A stretch of 63,676 nt of DNA, the filler included, from Octopus bimaculoides (lineage: Eukaryota), in the NCBI RefSeq assembly GCF_001194135.2. It is 10 parts of 9 records of this genome, joined end to end, with 100 filler letters (N's around TTAATTAATTAA, not from the genome) between each part and the next. Parts side by side here need not be neighbours in the genome. Positions count along the whole stretch, not along the records: positions 9,940 to 19,323 come from NC_069002.1; positions 19,424 to 29,052 come from NC_068982.1; 8 more parts are not named here. The stretch is one strand, 5' to 3'. Numbering within the stretch: position 1 is the first letter of the stretch; each line of letters starts with the position of its first letter. The notes under the pieces were generated by a model. It did not search any database, was not told where the DNA came from, and saw only the letters and a list, made by a program, of their open reading frames with translations. This document shows, piece by piece, positions 9,983 through 24,429 of the stretch. Made by a program: the position numbers and the translations under genes.

Positions 9983-12179
9983 ATAATAATAATAGTAAAG
10001 CTGACGTGAAGACCAAATATGTAATGCGGGTTTAATTGGCAAAACATGACCATCCCAAAGTATAACAATATATGTATGTATGTGTGTGTGTGTGTGCATA
10101 TGATTCTCTGTGTGTCTGTGTGTATGTATCTATATGTGTGTGTGTCTGTGTGCATGTGTATCATACAAGCCTAGAAATAGCAGTCAGATCTCGCTCGATG
10201 AGATATCATCCCTACCATTTAGAAACCGAAAGTCTTATGGGCCGCTGAAGTACGAGGTATACAAAAGGATGGCATGGTGGCACGTTTGATCTTAGGTGTA
10301 CTCAACCACAGCTGATCTGGTGTGAAACAACAGCAACAACGACAACAATTGATCAACGGACGCTTCGAACTGACTCGATGCTTCAGGATTGCGTCATAAT
10401 CTGAATGGACGACGACACGATGACTGCAGAAGAACGTCGCGAAACACACGTGTAAAATATGATGGCGACGATGGTGTTTCCGAAAGTGGTAGGGGTTAGG
10501 GGGATGATGACGATGAGAAATGGTGGTGATAGCGTAATTTGCTGTGTGGGGAAGACAAAGAGACGAGGGACACGCACGAGCACATTTATGGAAATAACAA
10601 TGGAGAGAAAGCGGGTATATTAACGGGTAGAAGCCAATGTCTCAACTATTTTTGTCTCCTCTACATGGTCCCCTTGATACCCCTTTGATTCTCATTTTCT
10701 TCTTCTCGGACCCTTTGGTTTCTATTCTACTCGAATCGACCACCAGAGACATTTGCTGTATATAAAGAAACCTGACTGTATTTTTAGAATTAAACATTGA
10801 GAAATATTTATATTAAAAAAAAATCAAAATATTTTGTGCATTGCACATAAATTTTCACAACAAAACCTTATATGACCCCCCACACCAAGGGCCATATGGA
10901 CCCTGGGAAGGTCCAGTGGTGGAGACCAATGGAGAGAGAACGACCTAAGATTCGACAAACGAAATTTGAAAACTATGAAAGAATTTCATAAAAAACGATG
11001 AGCTGAAACAAATTTTATCTAAAACTTGAGAAAGAAACGAATAACGAAAAACGGAATTATATCTCCTCCCTTGTTGCTTTAAATTAAGAACAAAACAAAA
11101 ACCCTGAAAATTGCAGTGACAGGAAACTGGAATCAAATGAATGCTGAGGTCAGTTTCGCTTTTCATTCTTTCGCAGTCGATAAAAAAAAAAAAATACAAT
11201 TCAAGGCAGATTGGCGTAATTCTAAGAACGTCGAACCCGATGTCTAGCGGTACCTGTTCTAGCTCTTTGAGTTTTGAGTTCAAATCCTACTAATCCCTAT
11301 AAGACTCATTCCATCGCAACTTGGGGTGCCTTTAGTGAAGTCCACTGTGTTGCAAGCCAGATTCCCTATTTAAGGAGACCTTCCTTCCTTAGGTCTCAGA
11401 GGCCCTTGTAAAGGGCCATGGGCACTACTTTCCCTTCTGACCGAAGAGTAAAAGAAACCACTGGGTGCTGAAATATTTTCTAGAATCTATTTAAGTTGTT
11501 GATGTTGGACGGTGGCGGTGGTGGTGGGTGGGCTGGTTGTGGTAATGGCGGTGACATTGGTGATGGTGGTGGTGGAGCGTGGTAGGTGACTGGTGGTGTT
11601 TGCTGTCGGGGAGTGAACCAAAGGTGGTGGTGGTGGTGGTTTGTGTGACGAAGTAAAGTAAAACCATTGAGAAATAAAGGAGGGGGAATGCGGGGAGGGG
11701 AAACGTGTATATGGAAGTGGAGGCGGAGGAGGAGGAGGCGCTGTGGAAGAGTAAGGGGGATAAAAGAGCAAGAGTTATTAAAGTGAGGGAAGGGGTGGTG
11801 GTGATGGTGGAATCGAGAGGGGAGAAGGGTTGTAGGTGGTGGGTGCTACTTCTTCAATTATCACCCCATTTTGTCTTTTGTTATACTTTGCAACGACCGC
11901 CTGCAGCCATTACGTCACCACTACCATCACATCCACCGTCATTTCCACTTTTAACCCCCCTCCACCTCCCATGCGATGGCTGCACCATCCAGCTACTCGA
12001 CCACACACACACACACACACACACACTGTATGTGTGACCTTTAGCTATCACAGACACAATAACATAGAAGGTTCGAGACACTGCTGCTGTTGATGACGGT
12101 CATGCTGATGATTATGATGATGATGAAGGTGAGGAGGGGGAGGAGTCTGTTGATGCCAACCACAAATAATAATAATAAT

Positions 12180-12350
12180 AATGGTTTCAAATTTTGGCGC
12201 AAGGCCAGCAATTTCGAGAGAGAGGCAGGTTGATTACATCAACCCCAATAATTTAATTCGTACTTTTTGTATCGACCCCGAATGGATGAAAGGCAAAATC
12301 AGCCTCGGCGGAATTTGAGCTCAGAACGCCAAGACGGACGAGATGTCGCT
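12180..12350 (-). mobile_element. tRNA-derived SINE (octopus OR-like family)
   Basis: Reverse complement of the recurring GAGTTCAAATTCCGCCGAGG...CATCC.TTCGGGGTCGATA body also seen at 46540, 47720, 58385 and 58907. Confidence 0.7.
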
Positions 12351-12543
12351 AAGCATTTTATCCGCCTTGCTAACGATTCTGTTTGTGTGTCACCTTAACA
12401 TTAACAATAATCTTTTCTTCTAAAGGCACAAGGCTTGAGATTTCGGGGGAGGGGGGTACTAGTCGGTTATATAGACCCAAGTGGGGTTTCAAAAACAAAT
12501 CATTTCACTTTCTCTCAAACGTTTATAAATTCATATGACGTCA

Positions 12544-12582
<39 letters not shown>

Positions 12583-13837
12583 CTATCTAGAATTGAAACA
12601 TAGACAGTTGTAATGGACATTTCTACCCTGTATTCAGATAACTAAATGACCTGTCAGTATTTTAACGAAATACAGAAATAGTCAAGGTATCACAGCAGCT
12701 AATTACATTTCATCTACATGTCTGTGGGGAGAACAAACAGAGAGATGGCGACACACTGCCAATTTTGTTTTATATTGTAACTGGTGAATAATAGCGTCGG
12801 TTATAAGAATATCCCAGTTTTTGACTAGTAATTTATTTTATCAACACCGGAAAGCTGAAAGACGGCAAAGCTGATTTCAGCAGGAATTGAACCCGGCCTG
12901 TAAAGGCTGTATAAAATACAGTTGTTGCAGTTTTTGTTGTTTAGCCAAAAAGTCCTCCTTGATGACGCAAATCATTGATGAATAGCATTCTTGTCTTTTA
13001 AGAGATATCTACGAGTAAAGTTATATATGTCCTCTTTTCAAAATATAGTAAGCTGTGATTTAAGGAAGATTTGGTGGTTATTTCTAGCTGTTCCATGTGG
13101 GTTCTTCCTTTGGCTTATTCCTATTGTTGCTGTTTAGCTCAAATTCAACCCTGATGAAAATAGTTTTCCTACCGTCGCCATCCAACGACTAAACTGTGTA
13201 AGGATGTCGTTCCCTTCGTAATGATTCGTATTGTTGCTGTTTAACGAGAAGTAAATTTTAAATAGACAACGACTTGGTCATCAATGACATTCCAGCAGCC
13301 GTGACCATCCGACCAACCATTTATTCAAACACAATATATCTATGAGTCGTTTAATTCACCGAGAAGTGAGGTATATTTTGCTGTTATTTCTAGCATATCG
13401 AACCACTGCACGGAGATTTCCTCGTTAATAATGGTGGAACAGAAAAGGCCGACAACTTCAAAATGTAAGAAAAACAAAACAAGGAAGCAAAAGTACAATA
13501 ACGAAAGAGTCAGGATAACCTTATAATGGACAGCGAAGAAGTTTCCAATAGGAAGTCCAGTCTGATTCCGTCCAATGACGCCACAAACACGGTGACCATA
13601 CTGTTAAATTGTAATCTAGTCCAGATGGCCACCTCTGACAGTTATTTTTGTCTCTCCATGTTCGCCCTACACTTCTCATGGGTTCTCTCCCTCTCTCTCT
13701 CTCTCTCTCTCTATTTGCTTGTTCCTCCACTCACTCACTCACTGTCTGTCTATCTTTCTATCTATTTGTCTGTCTCTCTTTCACTCACTCACTGTCTATG
13801 CGCGTATATATAAATGTATATGTATATATGAGTTTAA

Positions 13838-13887
<50 letters not shown>

Positions 13888-15452
13888 AACTAATATAAAT
13901 GCATATCTGTATAAATTTACGCACACACACACCCAAATGTATATAGACCTACCCCAGAACAGGAATTAATTATCACAAATCAACTAAGCGTAATTAATAA
14001 GGGTTACTGCTTTACGACAGACGAAATGACAAAGTCCATACGCCATTTGGCAAACAACCAATCAGAGGCCTTGCTCGATTACTGACGCTGCTGGTCTCTG
14101 CTTACAACTTTATATATTCGCCATCTGCGAATATGTAACCTTATCTCTTCGAATCATCTCTTTTAGACATGGCCTCACATAATTCCATACGACGATGATG
14201 GATGGTGATTGTGATGACGACGGCGATGCTGATTATGATGATGATGATGGTGGTGGTGAGGATGACATGTATTGTTTTTGTTGGCGTTAGCATTTCTATC
14301 GTCATCGTCGTCGTCATCACCATCATCAATCGTCATCGTCATCGTCGTCGTCGTCCTCCTCCTCTTCATCATCCTGTTATTGTTTTTTCCACAACATGCT
14401 TTCGCAGTATAACCGAGTTCAGGTGTTGTAAACGTGTGTGTGTGTGTGTGCCTCCAGTGTGTACATACTTTTGTAGCCGTCGTCGTAGTTTCTAATGCTA
14501 TTGACATTGTACTCTTATACTCCTCCTTCTCCTCATCATCATTATCATCACCCCTCATCATTGACATAATTAATATTTGAGAACTGATATTTCTCCTCCC
14601 CCCACCACTCCATGCCCCAGGATATGGCATATTACTATTATCAGTCAGATGAGAAAGAAAAAAAAAAGACAACATACTATTCCTAACAGCATCATCATCA
14701 GCAGCAGCAGCATCACCACCACCACCTCCACTACCAGGGTCAGCATCCCCCGACAACATCACTACCTCCACCACCGTAATCATCAACACATACATCAGCA
14801 GCACCAACACCACAATCGCAGCCAATGGCAACAACAACAACAACATCGACATTATCATAATCGCAAGTGGTCAACTGGAGCAACTAAAAATAGCAGCCGA
14901 ATCTCCCTCAAAAAACAAACTGTAGTAAGTTGTGCTAGCGACGCTACTAAAGATTATTAAACATTACTAACATAAGAGTTAGTATATAATAAGAAATATT
15001 AACAAGTACTAAATAGTTCCGATTACCACTAACTATTATTATTAACATATTAGAAACAATACTTATCAAAACTGCCCATTGTTGACGAGAACTAACTAGT
15101 ACAGACTAGTACTAACAAGTATTAAACTGCCCCTATTCAGAAGGAAATAGTATCAGCTAGTATTGAATACAACTAACTTTGCAAACTACTACTGTCAAGT
15201 ATGAAACAGAAGTCTCCACTACTTACAAGTACGAACTGGTACTAAATAATACAAGCCCTGAATGTTAGTAGTCCTAGTACCAACCCGTTTCAGGCACTAT
15301 TTCACGATATAAAGCAACATCAACCGGTACCAACTAATTCTAACCAGCGTTAACAGAACTAAATATTATGTATACCTGTATGCATATACACATACGTACG
15401 TACATATATATATATTTATCTATCTATAGGTACAAATATGTTTGTATTCATA

Positions 15453-15514
<62 letters not shown>

Positions 15515-16838
15515 AGTATATTCATATGTATGTATATGCATATGTATACGTATGTGTGTACGTACTCATATATGTATATGTTCTATGTAAAAGAACCAAA
15601 CAGCGCCACAGTGGAAGCAGCTTGTCAGTGAAGCCAGTACAGACTTCAATACGATGTATGAAAGATGGCTGCCGTTTCTCGACTCGGGGTATTTAATACG
15701 ATCATAGTTGACACATGTCTGTTTTACACAACTGTTAGAGGAGCGGATTAGAAGGTTGGACAATAAGTTAGCTGAGGACAACGCTGGCCCTACTTCCACC
15801 ACGACACACACACACAGAGTTGTATAAGTACTTGCGTGCATGCATATGCACGCATGTGTATCTTGCGTGTATGCTTGACTGCGCGCTGCGTATATTTGTA
15901 TCTGGAGAGAGATATGGTCTTCCGGTTTTTATGTTTGTGCGTGTGTGTGTGTGTGTTTGGTGAAACAAACAAGAAAATAAATCTCGAAACATGAACATAC
16001 AAAGTATTTTTTTTTTTTTTAGCGATCAGGAGTTGCAAAGTGACACAAGGGCCGAGAGTTTCGCGTTTTGGTACTTATCAAACTTATCAAAAGTTAGACC
16101 AGTGCCAACGTACGAAACTCTCGACCTTCGAATCACTCTGCAACGCCTGCTGATTAATATCTATCTATCTATACACACATATCATTTTCTCCCCCCTCTC
16201 ACTCTCCACGTGCGCGTGCACACACACATACACACACAAGCACACACTCACTTACTCACATATACATTATTATTCTTAAGAGTTTGGTAGATAAACTGAT
16301 AGATCTGGTATCCGATCTTCGGTTCGTATTGAGTAGTATGGCCAGGACTAAGCTGGAGGAATATTCTCCTGACCAGAAATACGGTTACACCCCACCCCTT
16401 CTTTATTTTACTCTTTTGTTTCTTTTGTTTTTGAGCGAGCAACACATTCCCATATTCCTCAAAGCATTTTATTCGGCGTCCTAGCCCTGATGCAGTACCA
16501 GGCACTGGCTCTCATGGTTTTTGATCTTAGCTGATTGGAAGTGTTACCATGTACATTGTTTTGTCTTGATATAAAAAGATGGCCGACAGCTCGAATCTCT
16601 ATAGAGGCTTCCTAGCCTCTGTTTTTCAGTCTTGTGAACGTATTTACTGGATTTTTTAAAGCTGTCTTCACTGCCATCCTGCATTCGAGAAATCTTTTAT
16701 TCTGTGTCGAATTCACTTGGCACTTAAAAGTTTATTTAGAAAACGTTCTCTCTCTCTCTCACACACACAGACACACATGAGTGTGTATATCTATCTTACT
16801 ACGCCTTTTTCCTTATACACACATACAAACACACACAC

Positions 16839-16879
<41 letters not shown>

Positions 16880-16972
16880 ATTGCATAGACACATATAGTT
16901 TAACCTAAATACAACTATTCACACATTGACACATACATACATGCACATACGCACCTTTATACACAGTGACAA

Positions 16973-17005
<33 letters not shown>

Positions 17006-17420
17006 CAGTTGGTGGCTCGGTCGTCATGTGGCGAAGCATTTTAACATGCTTATATTCATTCGAGATTGTGCAGCTCAGCGTTGTAAGCAAATCAGATAAG
17101 ATGGCGGCTAGATACACAGACATACAACAAGGAACACCGACACGCAGACAGACAGACACACAGACAGATAGACAGTCAGACAAATAGACGGACAGACAGA
17201 CAGAGATAGCAGTCTTTGAAGAGAGATATATTTACTTTGCTGGTGGAAGAGCGTACGATACGGCACGGTTATAGCTACATTTACTTAACCAATACAAGCG
17301 TGACGGCGCATGCCCCACACCCATCTGCTGTCTTCTGTCTGTCTGTTTGTCTCACTGTCAGTCTTTCCAGCCCTCAATTTACTGTCATATACTCAAACTC
17401 CACCTGCGCTGCCCTGGTGC

Positions 17421-17451
<31 letters not shown>

Positions 17452-17483
17452 AGTGTGTGTGTGTGTATGTGTTTTTATGCGTT

Positions 17484-17527
<44 letters not shown>

Positions 17528-17644
17528 AACACACATATATCTTTATGTATATATTGAAAGATAATAGATATGTATATGTGTTTATGTGTTACTTATATAT
17601 ATATATGTGTATGTGTGTCTGTAATGTATAGGACATATGTATAT

Positions 17645-17723
<79 letters not shown>

Positions 17724-17840
17724 AACACACATATATCTTTATGTATATATTGAAAGATAATAGATATGTATATGTGTTTATGTGTTACTTATATATATAT
17801 ATGTGTATGTGTGTCTGTAATGTATAGGACATATGTATAT

Positions 17841-17928
<88 letters not shown>

Positions 17929-18162
17929 CACATGTGTGTGTGTGTGTGTATATATATGAATGTATGTATATATATATAGGTATGTATATAGGTATGTATG
18001 TACACACACACGCATGCATGCATTTAAACATACACAGTTGCATAGTTATTCTCATTAAAACATACATGGACTCGAACGTACATTTGTCACTGTCATCTTG
18101 TTGTCAATGTGACAGCATTGCTCTCACTGCACCTCCCTCTATTTCCTCCCGTTCTTACTCCA

Positions 18163-18220
<58 letters not shown>

Positions 18221-18801
18221 TCTTCCTCGGACCCTAACCCTAAGCACTCACCGGTCCACTGGATCCTGATTAAAGCAATGTTTGCCTTTGCAAACATATC
18301 GCACATTTACACATACATAGCAATGCATAAATACACATACATAGATATACACACATATAGATATGCATGCACATAGAGAAACACAGACAGTCACATAACA
18401 ACACGCACACACACGCACACACGCACACATACAACAATATGCGAACGCATACAGACACACACTTGCAGAGTAATATGAGAACATACAAATATACACACAC
18501 ACTCAACGCTATATACAGATACAAATAACTACGGATACACGTGAACATACAGCCAACAATATACACCTTTGCACTCACACCCAAAATTCTACATACTCGT
18601 ACTGCTATCCGCTGACAAAAATATACATACATACATACATACAACACGCAAAATTTAAGTGCATGCGTATGTATTTTTTACGTATATGTGTATAAATATA
18701 TTGATAGATATATGACATACATGTACGTGGGCATGTATGTGTATATATATATAAATATATATACATGCACATCTATCTATATACATGCGTATATGTGTGC
18801 A

Positions 18802-18841
<40 letters not shown>

Positions 18842-19231
18842 TGTACTCAGGTGTTGTTCTCGATTACTGCACAGACAAATCTACTTAAACACACAGCAGG
18901 TGCTATACATGTGTATATAGGTGTGTATATAGGTGTGTATAATTTCAGCAGATATTATGTAGTGAATATATGAAGCATGAGTATTATTGCTAATGCAATT
19001 ATGTGTTATACATACATTTTTTGTGTATGTAAGTGTGTATATATATATATATTATATATGCGCGTGTGTATACATACATACACACACACATGTGTACTTG
19101 CTTAGATATGCGCGTGAATACGTGAGCAAAAGCAATAGCAGAGTGTATATATGTGTGTCCGTGTGTATGTGTGTATGTGTGCGTGTGACACAGAAAGAAA
19201 GAAGAAATGAAGATATGCAAACATTCACGAA

Positions 19232-19277
<46 letters not shown>

Positions 19278-19423
19278 TATATATATATTTTACACACACA
19301 CACACACGCACACACACACACACNNNNNNNNNNNNNNNNNNNNNNNNNNNNNNNNNNNNNNNNNNNNTTAATTAATTAANNNNNNNNNNNNNNNNNNNNN
19401 NNNNNNNNNNNNNNNNNNNNNNN

Positions 19424-19713
19424 ATGTCCTCAGCAGTTACAGCCCATGTTTCACTGCCATGTAGCATGGTTGTTCGTACGCATGCGTCATACAGTCTGCC
19501 TTTTACTCTGAGTGAGAGTCCCTTTGTCGCCAGCAGGGGTAAGAGCTCTCTAAACTTTGCCCAGGCTATTCTTATTCTAGCAGCTACACTTTCAGCGCAC
19601 CCACCCCCACTACTAACTTGGTCGCCCAGATAGCGGAAGCTATCGACTACCTCTAGTTTTTCACCCTGGAATGAGATAGAAGTTGTTTCCTGTTTGTTTA
19701 CAGTCTTTATTGC
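19424..19713 (-). mobile_element. RTE-clade LINE reverse transcriptase fragment, relatively intact
   Basis: LEVVDSFRYLGDQVSSGGGCAESVAARIRIAWAKFRELLPLLATKGLSLRVKGRLYDACVRTTMLHGSETWAV is a typical RTE post-RT region. It runs into a gap. Confidence 0.88.
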
Positions 19714-21463
19714 ACCTGAACATCTATATATATGTATGTATATATAAAATATCAATCCCAGTGGTCTTTTTTGAGATATGCCTTGACCCTAATTTTTTTT
19801 AAAGCATGTTTATATAATTGCATTTATCCAAAATTTCATATGAAACATCTTTTGTCAATGCTTATCAGTGAAGGATGTAAACATTGACAAAAAAACAAAA
19901 AAAAACAATGCTGTTTGAAAGTAGTTGACTGAATTATAAAGGCCTCCTTGCTATTTTCACTGTCACAAATGCAATGAACCTGTAATCAATGATGCTTTTG
20001 TTTATGAGATAAAAAAAAAAAATTAAGACATTTGTCTTGACTAGAATAACAGACTGCCAATTTAGTTACACCACTGCACCACAACCTCCCCCCTCTCTCT
20101 CACACTCAAATATATAATCTAATAGGGAAACAGCATAAAAGAAAAAAGAGAAAAGTTTTAAGAGATTGTATTCCAAGTAAATTTTACGTTAACACCAATA
20201 TATGTATATTTTATAAGAAAATATTTGTAACAATTTTAACAGGAAACACTTAAATAATCTCACTGCTTTAAAGCATGATGCAAAACAAAAATTAAAATTT
20301 TTCTGCAACACACGCAATAGTGTTTTCCTATATATATGCTTTAAATTTTCTACAACTTAAAACATTTGCATGTATTAATGGAACAAGCAATTTAATATTT
20401 TGAAACATTCTTTATATCAGCTATGAGGTATGCTTTTTCAGTTAAGTATGTGAATGCATATAAGACAGATGGCGATTATAAGATTTAAATATAGGCAAGT
20501 AGAGATCAATAAGCTAGAACTTTTAACTGTGAGAGCTAAAAGTTAATATTCATAACACAATTAGTTTAGCAGTTGAGAAGCACATTTAACATATGTTTAA
20601 CCTAAATGTTTTTAAAACCAACATGAAATCATTTTATAAGAAAAATTATTTATACTAATTACATTAAGAAGTCAAGTCAACATAACAGAACATAGAAAAC
20701 AGCTGTTATGTTGTAGAAACAGGCTCATAAAAAAAAAATCTTCTCTAAGGAGAAATTAAAAGAAACTTTCATAATATCTAAAAGCATTCCTTCAAACAAT
20801 TAAAAATAAATACATGAACTGTGCTCCTATAAAAACACAAGAGCATGGTAAGAAAAACATTGCAAAACAGGTTCGTTATGTGAAATGGGTGGCTCATAAA
20901 TCACAGACAAGCACAAGGTATATGAGCCAATGAGGGAGTATCTTTGGTTGCTGAAGCTGTTATAAATACCAACCAAAACTCCCTCTAATCATATCCTACC
21001 ACCTACAAGAGGAAAGGTACATTGGATAATGATTGCATCAGTTAGACGGGATTCGTTGAGGGAGAGTTTCTATGGCTGAATGCTCTTCCTGTCACCAAAA
21101 CCTATCTATTTTCAAGCAAGGTAACATTTTTCTCAGTCCATGTTTTCATGGAAGAATGCAAACAAATGTTACTGTCACTATGATGGTGAAGCTTGTTTAA
21201 AATTAGCACACAATGTCAAGACAAGACATGAACATACACTGCAAGCTTCTTTTCAGTTGCCATTTACCAAATTCATTATTCATTCACAGAGTCTGGTGCT
21301 GTGCAGTGGGACTGAATCTGAAACCATGTGGTTGCAAAGTGAATGTCTTAACCTAACAGCTATGTCTGCAACTCTGTGAGTGTGTGTGTGTGTGCTTATA
21401 TATATAGGCTATATTAAATCTCTGAGTGAGATGTAAACAGTAGCAATACGGAATCGTAACAAA

Positions 21464-21800
21464 TAACTGCCAACCAAATGTGGCGTCCTATACGGGACAG
21501 TGCTACTGATGTTTATAACCCCAGGAAGACATCTCTACCAGCTAGCTAACAACAACACATTTTGTGTCCGATTAGTATTTGCGAGAGGAGGTCAGCACTC
21601 CCATCCCTAGCCTTACCTGATACAGATGAACTTGAGTCTGTGTGTATCATGTAAGGCTAGGAATGGGAGTGCTGACCTCCTCTCGCAAATGTTAATCGGA
21701 CACAAAATGTGTCGTTAGCTAGCTGGTAGAGATGACTTCCTGGAGCTATAAACATCAGTAGCACTGTCCCGTATAAGACGCCACATTTGGTTGGCAGTTA
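21464..21800. mobile_element. Fully palindromic MITE (fold-back element) with TA ends
   Basis: TAACTGCCAACCAAATGTGGCGTC... pairs with ...GACGCCACATTTGGTTGGCAGTTA. The arms of about 160 bp pair to a short central loop near 21625-21642. Confidence 0.9.
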
Positions 21801-22350
21801 TCTATATATATATAAAATTGAGAATGTATGTCTGTGTGAATCCCTAAAACTCCAGAACTACACAACCAATTTCATTCAAATTTTACACATGCCATACTTA
21901 GGGTCCCGGTAGTGTTTTAGTCAAAAAACAAAAATTTTAACTTCTTGCATACTTCCGGCACACAGCAACATCATATCTCCTCCACTATTTAAGTATTACG
22001 TGTCAAAAGTGAAACAAAAACACTCATGTCATTTGAACCGGAATCTCAAAAAAACATTGTTATTATTAAATTTATGCATTTCTTATCAATTTGGAGATAT
22101 TTGCTATCGAGTTGCAGATTTTTAACAATGCATATGGTGATTATTTGCTTTATTTCTCGGGCAAAATTTACAACTTAGAATAAAAGAATAAAATTATTAT
22201 TTCATTCAAAAATTGATGAGCTTTGCTTTTAGTGATGACTTGAAATGATAAATATTTTTTCTAACTGTATTTGCTTGAAAAAAACAGACTTTTCTTTATA
22301 TTAAGCAATTCATTATAATTACTTTTACGATGTGCCTAAATAAAAACCAT
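21801..22350 (+). mobile_element. Possible non-autonomous Helitron 5' portion
   Basis: Starts TCTATATATATATAAAATTGAGAATGTATGTCTGTGTG...CCAATTTCATTCAAATTTTACAC at an A|T junction, as Helitron 5' ends do. No CTAG 3' end was recognised. Confidence 0.4.
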
Positions 22351-24429
22351 CGTTTATAGATCAGCATTTCTCAACCTTTTTCGCGATTTGACTTCCATTG
22401 GACATTGAAAATATTTATTTCGGCTCCCCTGTGTTGATGAAAAATTTAATCCAGCTTCCTACTGAAAAGTAACCACTACATACAATCACCAAACATCTCC
22501 ACTACTTAACACCGTCCAACTTAACCCTCTGCACCTTTACAGCTGACATGAAAAACCATTAATTAAGCAAAAAAGAGAAAAAATTGATTGCTATTAAAAC
22601 GTGTAAAATTTTGGGGTTAATAATCTTAATCTTTAGTTACAGTTTCTCATTCAAACTACATAATAGGCAGAATTGTCAGATTAAGACAGTATCCTAATGT
22701 GAAAGTGTTTGAGTACAAAAAGTTTAAGGTTAATTATGATGTCCGATTCCACTGGAAGTTGTATATACTGTGGGCTGAACAGCTTTCCTTCATTTTATTG
22801 GCCTCATGACAATTTTGAAATGGTTCACTGTGTTAAGATACACTATCAATCAATTTTCCTTACAGTCAACAGTTTTAACATCTCAGGAATCTTTAATGCC
22901 CTAACCAAAAGTAACAACTCTATACAATCACCAAATATCTCCACAAATTAACACCATCCAAGTTAACCCTCTTCATCTATACAAGCCATCCGATGGAAGA
23001 GGGGGGGGCGTTTGCTAGTATNNNNNNNNNNNNNNNNNNNNNNNNNNNNNNNNNNNNNNNNNNNNNNNNNNNNNNNNNNNNNNNNNNNNNNNNNNNNNNN
23101 NNNNNNNNNNNNNNNNNNNNNNNNNNNNNNNNNNNNNNNNNNNNNNNNNNNNNNNNNNNNNNNNNNATATATAAAGTATAATGAAGAAAGGAAAAAATAG
23201 AAGTGGAGACATTACTTTATTCCAAGTTTGTACATATATCCAATGAAAACACTTCAAGTTGTTTCCAAGCCCAATTAATTCAAAACAAAATGAAATATAA
23301 TTCTTTTGAAATCACAAATTAGGCTTTTCCTCAGGAATTCATTATTGGAATGAATGGGTTCTACCAACAAAAATATAAAGACCTTTACGATAGCCAGAAA
23401 GGAGCAAAGTCTTTGATTATAGTTCAGTCTGATTAAGGCTGAATTGGAGTGAACAGCAACAGAAGGTATGTGAATACATGAATGTATGTAAAGCAGTCTC
23501 TGAGCAAATTCATTTTCTCATCACTATCAGGTGAAACAATAAACATGGAAATTAAATAATATCTGCAATATATATATATACATATATATATATGTGTGTA
23601 GAAGGAACAATATATCTACAAGTACCCATGCAGTCATCTTAAGGATACAAATTAGTGACACTACTTCAGATGCAGCTTAAAAATTTCTGCAGCAGGTGGA
23701 TTAGAAAAAAAAGATTGACAGTAGATATGATAAATCCTAAGCATATGAGAAACAGTGATAACCGGTATGATATCTACACTTCCATAGTATTGTACTACAT
23801 TATAAGAAACTGCTTATTCAGTGAAACAGGAGTGGTATTCATGCACTCAGCAAAGGCAATAATAAAAAAAGAAGTTGTAACTTTTGTATGATATTTTAAC
23901 CCAGCTGCAATATTTGTAATATTGTCAACAATCCAAGTTAAAACGACTCAATGAATCGTACTAGAGTCACTGCTATTGTGATAAGTCCCAAAGTCATATA
24001 CGTATACTTGACAAATCCAAGTCAACTATCTATGCTAATATCACCAAACTCTCTAAGGCAAATCAAGTGCCCTTAAAACAAGACATTGCAGTCTGACTAA
24101 ATAAAAAAATAACTAGATATCTTGAGGTGAGGCTTCCTACTACACCTCCTTTGTATAGTGCCACTGATTGTTAGAGAGCACAGGTGAAAATGGTTCTTTA
24201 TAAGCCTGCCATTAGAAACTACAAAGGTCAGTCAGCCTCTTTGACCAACAATCCATGTGGTTGCTTTCTTTAGGGGCAGGTGTACTAATGGTCAATGACC
24301 TCCAGCTCAGTATGGTGTCTTCACTTTCTCCCCTTCCATTTTCTGAGATCCTGTAAAGGCCATGAACATTGCCTGTCTTTGACAAAAAAAAAAATCTCAG
24401 ATTCACAAGGTGCATAAGGCCAAATAATT

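Noticed and set aside
11500-11850. G-rich stretch with proline-rich minus ORF
   Set aside because: Degenerate (GGT)n/(GGA)n simple repeat; no coding evidence.
14175-14960. 227-aa (-) and 127-aa (+) ORFs rich in D, H, Q and T
   Set aside because: They are produced by trinucleotide repeats (CAT, CAG, CAA, GAT); no domain or convincing splice sites.
18233-18243. CCCTAACCCTA telomere-like repeat
   Set aside because: Under two full units; expected by chance.
22481-22990. About 60-bp imperfect direct repeats at 22481 and 22922 suggesting LTRs
   Set aside because: Short and diverged, with no TG..CA ends, primer-binding site or internal ORF; more likely internal repeats of an old non-autonomous element.
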